A stretch of 64,000 nucleotides of DNA from contig CM119266.1 of assembly GCA_051294375.1 (NCBI GenBank), positions 12,632,979-12,696,978 on the forward strand. The letters run 5' to 3'. A program made the position numbers and the translations under genes. Within the stretch, counting starts at the first letter, position 1. Every line of letters begins with the position of its first letter. The stretch is from Paraspadella gotoi. Its lineage: Eukaryota > Animalia > Chaetognatha. The notes below the pieces were generated by a model. The model saw nothing but the letters and a program-made list of their open reading frames with translations, made no database searches and was not told the DNA's origin. Positions 54,315 through 64,000 of this stretch are shown one piece after another.

Positions 54315-54619
54315 CGTTGACGCGAAAAAATGTTTATCTTTTTCTATACCATTTATATATTTATTGTTTCATGTTTTTAGTAAAACGCAATTTATTTTCC
54401 TTTTCGATTGATAAAAACATAAAAAAAGAGAAATAAAAACGGAATTTTGTCAAAATTTCTGATTCTTGCGAAAAAACTTAACCTTTAATCTTTATCAGGA
54501 TTCGATCAGCTGGCATAGACATTTTTGGCTCTCCTCTCTCTCTCTCTCTCTCTNNNNNNNNNNNNNNNNNNNNNNNNNCTCTCTCTCTCTCTCATCTCTC
54601 TCTCTCTCCTCTCTCTCTC

Positions 54620-54653
<34 letters not shown>

Positions 54654-54978
54654 ATCTCTCTCTTCTCTCTCTCTCTCTCTCTCTCTCTTACTCTCTCTTT
54701 CGCGGTTCAAAGTACGGTGACTCGAGAGAGCATCCCCGTTGTTGTTAGCTTAATTAAATAACATTTTTTTAATTGAGTAAAATATTCTCTCTCTCTTAAT
54801 TTTTTGATCTATTACCAATTTTATCTTTTTTGTTTGAAAAGTTATTTTCAAGATCTTGAAGTGTATTTTGAACATCGTAAATTTAACTGTACTTTACTTA
54901 AAGGCTGTATAGGCCGTATTAGGCGTGCCCAAGGCCGTATCTGTTTTAATACATTCGAATACATACATTCTCTCTCTC

Positions 54979-55041
<63 letters not shown>

Positions 55042-55474
55042 ATCTCTCCTCATCTCTCCTCTCTCTTTCGGGTTCAAACATGTCAACTTCACCTTCGCCT
55101 TCACAGTTTGAACTTTAATCGAAACGAAGAAACAGCTTCGTCATCAGTTCGAAGTGACGTCTACCATTATACAACATTATCAAGAGTACATTTGTTCAAA
55201 TGTTTAGAGTAGAATGGGAGAGATGGAATAGAATCAAAATATAGTTAGGGAAGCGGAGTACTCTGTATTTTAGTATTGTTCATTAAGGCGTAGTGAAAGT
55301 TACATACGAAATTCTAAAAGTCAATTATGAACAACATACCATCAGTGAACATTAATTGTAAAAAAAAATAATTTTATGTTTTTTTAATTTTCGCAGTAGG
55401 CTATATTTATATATAGTACTATCCTTATAAAATCGAAAAATTTCAAAATAGGCTTTTCTTATATTTGATTGCAA

Positions 55475-55570
55475 TAAGTGGGTTAAAAATTAAAAAAAAC
55501 TATAATTTAATATATAAAAAGTTAATTTTCAGTTTAAAATATAGTTTTTTATTTATTTTTGACCCACTTA
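55475..55570. repeat. Imperfect inverted repeat (arms about 30-37 bp)
   Basis: TAAGTGGGTTAAAAATTAAAAAAAACTATAATTTAA ... TTAAAATATAGTTTTTTATTTATTTTTGACCCACTTA; the arms are near reverse complements. Confidence 0.8.
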
Positions 55571-55610
55571 ATGAAGGGATTTTTTAAAAGAGTTTTCATG
55601 GTATAAAAAA

Positions 55611-55653
55611 GCGCTGATGAAGGCTCGAATTTATGAGCCGAAACATGGTCTGC
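55611..55653 (+). ncRNA. Candidate minimal type I hammerhead ribozyme
   Basis: GCG-CTGATGA-A-GGCTC(gaatttat)GAGCC-GAAAC-ATG-GTC-TGC. Core CUGAUGA and GAAA, 5-bp stem II, 2-bp stem III (AC/GU), GUC cleavage triplet ending at 55650, 3-bp stem I (GCG/UGC). The duplicate from about 63970 is cut by the window end. Confidence 0.6.
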
Positions 55654-56532
55654 AAGAAGTAAGATACAAAATAATATCGTTGTACAAATTAATCAAACTT
55701 TGTTAAAAAGAGTTATATTTCTTTTTATCAAACTTTTTATGACGAATCCAAATCTGCAAAAAAATTTTAGAAAAAACTGTTTTGAAATTTTAACATTTAT
55801 TGGTGTTAGTACTAGTATAAATATGGCCTTCTGCGTAAATTGTAAAATTTATTATAAATTTTTTTATTACATAAATGTTCATAAGTATAATGTTGTTCGT
55901 TCTTCACTTTTAGAATTTTATTAAAGTTAAACTTAGGAATTTTACAAGGCCTTATTGTTCATAGCCTCAGCACTAGAAATTCCCTGACTCCAGAACGCCA
56001 TGTTGATAACGGAATGTGTGATGTAGTGTTAGCGTTAAAACCTTCAGTAACAGGAATAGAATCTGGGAGTGAATAACGAGACTGTGAGAGAGTCTTGATT
56101 GAAAGCTTGCAGGCACCTGCTATGTCGTTATCTTGTAAGAGTGATGGAGGCCTTAAACCACCAAAGCCTGTCCAAAGGCAAGATAGCTTATTTATTAAAT
56201 GAATGGATAATTTTTATATTGATTGTACCAATTTTATAGAATAGAATAGAATAGAGTTTAACTTTACCTTTAACTATCGATTGCATTAACCCGATCACTC
56301 AATTCAATTGAATGAACGACATAAAATTGACATATTCGCCGATCGATAAAGGCAGCCACGCCCACCAGCCTCACCCCCCCCCTTCCGCCACTCTCACCCT
56401 CTGATCTCTTGACGTCGAACTCGGAATCGATCGTCGACGCCCTCAATTTGGCTCCGATCGAAAGTTGAGGTCGGCGAGCAGCGCTCGCGCGCCCGCTCCG
56501 CGCCAACGCCTCGTCCGCGCTCTTCCTGCCGC

Positions 56533-58230
56533 TCAGGAGGGGATCGCGCGGCGGCGGAGCGGCGAAGGCGGGTGCTGCAGCGGCGACGGGTGGAGGACGG
56601 AGGCGGGGAGATGCGCTGTTGCTGCTGCTGCGGTTGAATTTGCTGCAGGGGATGTTGCGGAAGTTGGCGAGGGTCGTCGGTGGATAGCGCGAGAGGGTGG
56701 AGTAGCGGAGGCGCGATTGCCGAGAGGTTCGTCAGAAGGGATGTGATGTTCTTGGAGTGTTTGGAACGGTGTTGCTGGAAGGAAGCCGTTGGGGAGGAGT
56801 GGAAAAGAGTGTTAGATTTAAAAAAGGTTAGTAATAGAGGGTTATATACCGTGATAAACTTGTTAAATTGTCAGCATTACTTATATAGTATTATCAAAAT
56901 TAATCGCAAAGTGAAGGTAATGTGAAAGGTAAGGAGGTCGTCGTCTTCAAATGAACCTCGCCACATCGTTTGCTTGATGGAGAACGCGCAAGTTGAGACA
57001 TCCTTTTCTCCCGGAAAAAAAATGTAAATGAACGATTCACCATTTTACGTAAAGAATTGGGGAGTGGAAACTGAGGATAAAGCGCTAAGTTGGCTCAGGA
57101 CTACTATCAATAAGTTCTTTGGCCCCAAGGTGCTTCCCCTTCGGGATTGATCTCGGTAATTAATGGTCAAAGAGCCAACGGGTCACAACTGAAAAAGGCA
57201 TGATTAGAGGCGAGTTGAACTTGCGTAAGGCCTGACTACAAGTCTTCTCGAGACCTATTCAAAACTACTCAAAAATTAAAAAAAAGAAATAAAGAAAAGG
57301 AAAAGAAAAAAAGGAAAGAAGGAAAGAAAAAAGGAAAAGCAGGAAGAAAAAAAGGAAAAGAAGGAAAGAAAAAAGGAAAAGAAGGAAAGAAAAAAGGAAA
57401 GAAGGAAAGAAGGACTCCTTTTTTTTCTTTTACTTTTTCGATTGAAGAGGAGGAGGCGTAGCGCCGGAACGGATGGCGAGGAGGAGGAGGAGGTGGAGCG
57501 GAGGCGGAAGGGCGGGCGAGGGAGGGTGCACGGGTAGGAGCGGGGCGGAGGTAAGAATGCGTCGTCGTCGTCACGTGACCGAGCGACTGTGAGGCGGCGC
57601 CGCGCCGTTAAGGACGTCATCGACGAACAACGCCGTCTCGCCCCGACGACGCCGTGGGATCCGTTCGCGGCGTTGGCGGCGTGAAGTCGCGTCGGCGGCT
57701 CCGGGGGCGTGACTGGATGGAAGAGAGAGAGAGAGAGAGAGAGAAATGAGAAATGGAATTAATGCGGAATTATGAGCTCCTTTTGTTTGGTTCTCTCGGA
57801 GTATTTCCTTCCCGAAAGAAAAAGAGAAAAAAACCGGGATAATAAGAGGATCAAAGAAGTCGATCATGTGTCGTCGTTGTTGTCGTTGCTTCGTCGTCGT
57901 TTTGTCGTTGTTGTCGTTGGCTTCGTCGTCGTTGTTGTCCTTGCCTTCGTCGTCGTAGTTGTTGTGTCGTGGCTTCGTCGTCGTTGTTTTCGTTGGCTTC
58001 GTCGTGTTGTTGTCGTTGTTGTCTTTGTTGTCGTTGGCTTCGTCGTCGTTGTTGTCGTTGGCTTCGTCGTCGTTGTTGTCGTTGGCTTCGTCGTCGTTGT
58101 TGTCGTTGTTGTCGTTGGCTTCGTCGTCGTTGTCGTCGTTGTTTCGTCGTCGTTTTAGAATTTAGCGGTTTTTTTTTTTGTGGGGAAGAAATTTTCGTGG
58201 ATTCATTTATTATTGAACATGTTATTATTA

Positions 58231-58317
<87 letters not shown>

Positions 58318-59847
58318 GGACATGTTGTTTACAAACATTTTCTCTTGGAAGTTAACAAACTGTTGCTTTATCTTTGTATTAAAATGGCGTAACCCATCAT
58401 CGTCTTCATATTTCTATTTCAAAATGTCCCTTGCAAAAATGTTTTTTTTTTTTTTAATTTTATTCAACGTGCGTGTGAATCCAACTTATCACTTAATCGC
58501 TCGAGTCAATGTTTTCTCTCATTTAATTATAGTCGCTTAAATGTTTTCTACATAATCGTCATCGTTATCATCGTCGATGATAAACTCGACTCAATAATCT
58601 GTTTTCCTTGGAAAGAGAATAGGATTTCAGTCTAGACGATAAAAGTCAATTCTTAATTCACGATTATTATCATCTAAAACATCTATAACAAACAATTTAA
58701 TCGATGAACGCGCAACTTTTGTTTATGAAGACGATATAACGGTTGTGAACTATATGACGCTTTCCCTACCCATGACTGCATCATTCCCAACGAAATTCCT
58801 CACCCAAAGTGAGCGGGAAAAGTGGCGTACTCCTGGCGCAGGTAATTTGGCAAGGAGGTTGCTGCCGCTGCTGCAAATGTAGCTCTGCTGCTGCAATTGC
58901 AACTGTTGACGAAACTGGTTCTGCTGCTGCTTCCTGACAGAGCCGACCCTCTTGGCCTCCCTTGTCCAGACGTCGTCGTCGTTGCCGCCGTCGACGTGGG
59001 CGGCGGCGGCTGCTGCTGCGGCGGCCGAGGCGCGGCTGCGGCGGCGCGGAGAATTCGGTCTCTTTGTCCTCCCGGTTCCGCGGACGAACCTCTCGAGACT
59101 CGACGCCCGAACGACGCGATGAAAGCCGTCTCGGCGGCGCCGGCCTCTCTTCCGGCTTCAAATTATGCGACGCTAAAGATGAGGCGCCGGTGACGCCGGA
59201 TTTTGACGCCGCAGCGACGCGACCGTGTCCGAGAACCCTGTCGTTGGCCGCGCGGGGAGGACATTCGAAGACGCCGATTCGGTTTGTGACGGCGACGGCG
59301 GCGGGCGCTGACGCTTTTGTCGACGCGTTGAGCTTCGGTGCCGCGAAGGTCGCTCGGGCCGTGACGACGACGACGACGGATGACGACGACGACGACGAAA
59401 ATGGGGTCGCTCTTTGAGGGTCGCTTGGAGTGAGGTCTGTGTGCTGTTGCTGTTTGCTGCTGTAGCGGTTGGAACTGTTGTTGCTGCTGGTAAATTTCCC
59501 CGGATGAAACAGCAGGTGTTGCATGGAATCCTGCTGCTGCTTGATCTTCAGCTGAGCCGCTGCCGACGCTTGGAGACGCTGCTGCAGTTTCCTTTCAGAC
59601 TGGCCAGTTGCTGTTGCTGTTGCTGTTGAGGCTGGGGGTGGTTGTTGTAGATGTTGACGTTTGGTTCTTTCGATTTTGGCGGATATATTTGGGGCCTTCA
59701 AAGAAAAAATGATGGGAATAGTTTAATTAAGAGCTAATGATATTAATTATATAGGATGTACATAAACACTGTTTTGCAGTTTGACTGAAGTTTTTAGGAT
59801 TGCAACCCTATTCCCAGAGCGATGCTTATAAATTACGTAGATAAGTG

Positions 59848-59925
<78 letters not shown>

Positions 59926-60079
59926 AGAGAGAGTGAAATGAACTCAATGATGCAAACTAAACACAACAAGCTTTCGATAAACCTTCTTCCTCCTTACAGT
60001 GAAACGTTGCCACAGTAAAAACAGTAAGCGGATTACAAATTTGCATTCAGAATTAACGCTTCGTTTCTTCCAGTTTACA
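56533..60079 (-). CDS. Gene B: S/A/R/Q-rich protein of unknown family, 5' part lost at the 60253 gap. Exons 60079-59998, 59695-58804, 57712-57434, 56774-56533.
   Basis: Exon lengths 82, 892, 279 and 242 nt with junction phases 0,1,1 give one frame: VNWKKRSV...QRFT|APNISAKIERTK...PLTL|VTPPEPPTRL...LFNRK|TTPFQTLQEHH...RAIPS*. Donors GTAAGG, GTGAGG, GTAAAA. Matches the 306-aa ORF 58781..59701. Confidence 0.7.
57290..57412. repeat. Purine-rich tandem repeat of about 21 bp (GGAAAGAAAAAAGGAAAAGAA)
   Basis: Four to five imperfect units in an intron of gene B. Confidence 0.75.
57868..58153. repeat. Degenerate 21-bp repeat (GTTGTCGTTGGCTTCGTCGTC)n in an intron of gene B
   Basis: GTY triplet array punctuated by GGCTTC; cleanest at about 58026-58130. 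Confidence 0.85.
58222..58317. repeat. (ATT)n microsatellite
   Basis: About 30 near-perfect triplets. Confidence 0.95.
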
Positions 60080-60277
60080 CTGACGTAAAAGTTAGATTTT
60101 CGCCCGATATATTTATTCAACGAGAGCTTTTTGTAGTATCTCGAGGGTAATACACGTCAAATTTATTACATTGTTAGCTTAATTAAATAACATTTTTTTA
60201 ATTGAGTAAAATATTCTCTCTCTCTTAATTTTTTGATCTATTACCAATTTTANNNNNNNNNNNNNNNNNNNNNNNNN

Positions 60278-60290
60278 AAAAGAGAGAGAT
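60278..60290 (+). other. PacBio SMRTbell adapter 3' remnant AAAAGAGAGAGAT (also about 29025-29037 and 34379-34391)
   Basis: Matches the adapter end ...GGAGGAAAAGAGAGAGAT, sits directly after a gap, and is absent from the corresponding position in the primary copies (near 3175 and 51935). Confidence 0.75.
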
Positions 60291-61941
60291 AACAAATTTT
60301 GCAAAGCGAAGAAGGAAAGACGAGCAGGAAAGAACGAAGAAAATAACAAAGAAAGAAGAAATAAAGAAATACTAAAGAAAAGAAGAAAGAAAGGTAGAAA
60401 GAGAAAAAGAAGAAGATAAAGAAAGAAAAAAAAGATAAAAAAAGTCAAAGTCAAGAAAGGAAAAAAACCTAGCTACAAAAAAAGGACATAAAGACAGACA
60501 GACAGACTACGACCGCAGCTTTTTTTTTTTTGCGGCCGCCAATGCATACCTTTTTTCTCCCGCGGCACACACAAACGGCTCCTCTACCTCTGGATATTTG
60601 ATTGTCGCTGATTCACGGCGGCGGAGGCAGCAGCGGCTGCGGCGGCGGCGGCCGTGGCGGCGCTCATCGTCGCCCCTTCGTAGTTGGCCCGGATGCCGTG
60701 GGGAGGAAGTGGTGGAAGGGGACGTGGTGAGGGTGGTGGTTGAGGTGGTTTAGGTGGTGGGGAAGACCCACCAGACCGCGCGCCGCCCGTCGGGTGGTTG
60801 AGATTATAAAATTTTTGAAATGAAGCAGCTGCTGTTGTTGTTGTTGAAACTGTTGTTGTTGTTGCTGCTGCTGCTGTTGCTGATGAGATGTTGTTGTTGT
60901 TGCCTGTTCCTCCTGTGTTGTTGTTGAATCTGACGATTGGAGTCGAAGTCGAAGTAATCCAACTTGAGGTGATGTTGAGGTTGAATGTAAGTTGCTCTCG
61001 GAGTTGGAGTTGTTGATGTTGTTGTTTTCTTAGCGTTGTCCAAGTTGTAGTTGTAGGCGTCGAACTGAAGCAGGGAGCTTCTCACCCCGCCTGGCGGTTG
61101 AAAAAAAAAGTCAGCGGTCATAATTAGTCGATAATGCGTATAGTAGTCTAACTTCTAAGACGGCATTAGCAACGAGCATGCATACTACGCTATTTATAAG
61201 TGCTTGGAAGAGAGAAGTGACAATTTAAAAATTTTGTTAATCACACATCAATTTAAAATGTAAATGAACTCTCGGATAAAACTTATTCGACCATCGTAAA
61301 AGACATGAGAGAAACGACATTTAAATTAAGAAATTGAGCTTCATGTTCATGAATAATTGGAGAAGGCTTTCGTATATTTGTTATGCTCTTTTCTGAATAT
61401 GGACAAAATAAAACACCTTTTATATCTGAGTTGTACGCAACTGTAAACAAACGAACTCACGTGGTTGTAAAAAAAAAGTTTTAAATATTATGACTTAAAG
61501 CAAATTATTCAATTCTCACAAGTCAACTTCCTTTCACACCGACGCCTCCTTCTCCTTTCCCATCTCTCATCTTTCTTCATCCATCGTGTTTTTTCTCGTA
61601 AATTTTTTACAGTCAAACCGGCTTAACAAAACACCGTTGTGTTTTGTGGGAGAAAAAAAAAATAAACGCGAATACAAAAAAAAAATATATGAAACTTGGT
61701 CAATTTTTTTTCAAACGATTTATTTAAATAAGTGGCATGTGAAATCGATTAGCGTTTCTCGCACGCCGGTATTGCGTGTGCAGGACTGCGCGAAATGAGA
61801 AAGGTGACTCTATTTATCGCGCGCACATATATCCGTTGGCAGGCGTCGCTATCGAAATATCATCGGCCACAACGGATAATTTAATTTTCATTCGTTGTCA
61901 AATTTGTTCATGGTTTTTTTTTATTTGTTTGTTTTTTGGAG

Positions 61942-62002
<61 letters not shown>

Positions 62003-62969
62003 TCTCGTCCTCTTCTCTCTCTCATCTCTCTCTCTACATTCATTCTGTATTCCCCAAGAGTCAAGAGACTTGTAAAGTGGGGAACAGATTAAAAAACATT
62101 AAACAACAAACTTGTTTTATGTTTCGTTTTATACTGTATAGAATGATAACAGGACAGGACGCAACCAAAAACCTACTCGATAACCACAACAACAACTACA
62201 TCCAACAGTCCTCACCCGTCGGCAGCGTGTAGGACTGCAGCGGATGAAAGCTCTGCGCTACAGCGGGCCTGCGGATGATGATGATGATGTCTCAGCGCCG
62301 GATGAGCGCGTGACGGCGCGGATGGACGCGCGCCGCCTGAAGCGTCTTAGCGCCGCCGGTGGGTCCTTGTAGACGGGGAAGCGACGGCGCCGGGTCCTAG
62401 GAGGGGCGCGGCCGCGGCCAAAAGGCGGCCGGCGGCGCCGAGAAAAGCGTAGGCGGCTTCGAATCCTGCGGCGTCGGAAAGGTAAGGCGCCTGAGGAGGA
62501 GGCGCGCCGTCTACCGGCGCGCGGCGGGGTAATGAAGGGCGGGTAAGTGTGGCGGGTGGAGAGGGTGAGTCGGTGGCGGGTGGAAGGTGGCGCCGTTGGA
62601 GGCGAATCGGGCGGTCGGTTTACGCGAAGCGAGGGCGCCGTAGGGAGAAGCGGCGTCGTCGTCGATGGAGACGTCGTGGCGCGACGCCAAGATTCGCGGG
62701 AAGAGAGCTGAATTGTCGGACATCGTTGACGCGAAAAAATGTTTATATCTTTTTCTATACCATTTATATATTTATTGTTTCATGTTTTAGTAAACACGCA
62801 ATTTATTTTCCTTTTCGATTGATAAAAACATAAAAAAGAGAAATAAAAACGAATTTTGTCAAAATTTCTGATTCTTGCGACAAAACTTAACTTTAATCTT
62901 TATCAGGAATCGATCAGCTGGCATAGACATTTTTGGCTCTCCTCTCTCTCTCTCCTCTCTTCTCTCTCT

Positions 62970-63009
<40 letters not shown>

Positions 63010-63020
63010 CTCTCTCTCCG

Positions 63021-63051
<31 letters not shown>

Positions 63052-63383
63052 TTCGCGGTTCAAAGTACGGTGACTCGAGAGAGCATCCCCTTGTTGTTAG
63101 TCTAGCTTAATTAAATAACATTTTTTTAATTGAGTAAAATATTCTCTCTCTCTTAATTTTTTGATCTATTACCAATTTTATCTTTTTTGTTTGAAAAGTT
63201 ATTTTCAAGATCTTGAAGTGTATTTTGAACAGTCGTAAATTTAACTGTACTTTACTTAAAAGGCTGTATAGGCCGTATTAGGCCGTGCCCAAGGCCGTAT
63301 CTGTTTTAATACATTCAAATAACATATCTCTTCTCTCTCTCTCTCTCTCATCTCTCATCTCTCTCTCTCTCTCTCTACTCTCT

Positions 63384-63423
<40 letters not shown>

Positions 63424-64000
63424 GGGTTCAAACATGTCAACTTCACCTTCGCCTTCACAGTTTGAACTTTAATCGAAACGAAGAAACAGCTTCGTCATCA
63501 GTTCGAAGTGACGTCTACCATTATACAACATTATCAAGAGTACATTTGTTCAAATGTTTAGAGTAGAATGGGAGAGAATGGAATAGAATCAAATATAGTT
63601 AGGGAAGCGGAGTACTCTGTATTTAGTATTGTTCATTAAGGCGTAGTGAAAGTTACATACGAAAATTCCTAAAAGTCAATTAATGAACAACATACCCATC
63701 AGTGAACATAATTGTAAAAAAAAATAATTTTATGTTTTTTTAATTTTCGCAGTAGGCTATATTTATATATAGTACTATCCTTATAAAATCGAAAAAAATT
63801 TCAAAATAGGCTTTTCTTAATTTTGATTGCATATAAGTGGGTTAAAAATTAAAAAAAAACTATATTTAATATATAAAAAGTTAATTTTCAGTTTAAAATA
63901 TAGTTTTTTTTAATTTTTGACCCACTTAATGAAGGGATTTTTTAAAAAGATGTTTTCATGTATAAAAAAGCGCTGATGAAGGCTCGAATTTATGAGCCGA
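60291..64000 (+). repeat. Indel-rich re-copy of about 51941-55641, with frameshifted gene C exons
   Basis: Colinear; the MTADFFFQ and MSDNS ORFs recur in broken form. Follows a 25-N gap and an adapter-like 13-mer. Confidence 0.9.

Noticed and set aside
55115-55150. Minus-strand CTGATGA followed by a CGAAG/CTTCG hairpin, a possible second hammerhead
   Set aside because: The stem is followed by TTTCG rather than the required GAAA.
60560-62723. Second gene C copy as a tandem paralog
   Set aside because: Same artefact signature: starts at a gap plus adapter remnant and differs mainly by indels.

Overview
Eukaryotic, probably invertebrate, genomic DNA: CpG-rich GC-rich exons with GT-AG introns in AT-rich, extremely (GA/CT)n-rich spacer. 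No prokaryotic features, CRISPR, rRNA or tRNA were seen. Only about 29 kb looks unique (about 1-16.5 kb joined to about 47.3-60.2 kb). The rest is indel-ridden re-copies of the same locus separated by gaps of exactly 25 N, three of which are followed by PacBio SMRTbell adapter ends, so the apparent tandem amplification is most likely a long-read gap-filling artefact. I reconstructed phase-consistent exon chains by eye for four low-complexity genes with no recognisable family: gene A (+, 1.9-5.6 kb, perhaps to 7.3 kb), gene D (-, 14-15.3 kb), gene C (-, Q/H/A-rich, 50.2-54.3 kb) and gene B (-, 56.5-60.1 kb). There is also a small two-exon candidate secreted-peptide precursor. The most interesting biological signal is a candidate minimal type I hammerhead ribozyme at 55611-55653, next to a 96-bp palindrome. 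Most ORFs in the supplied track are microsatellite translations.
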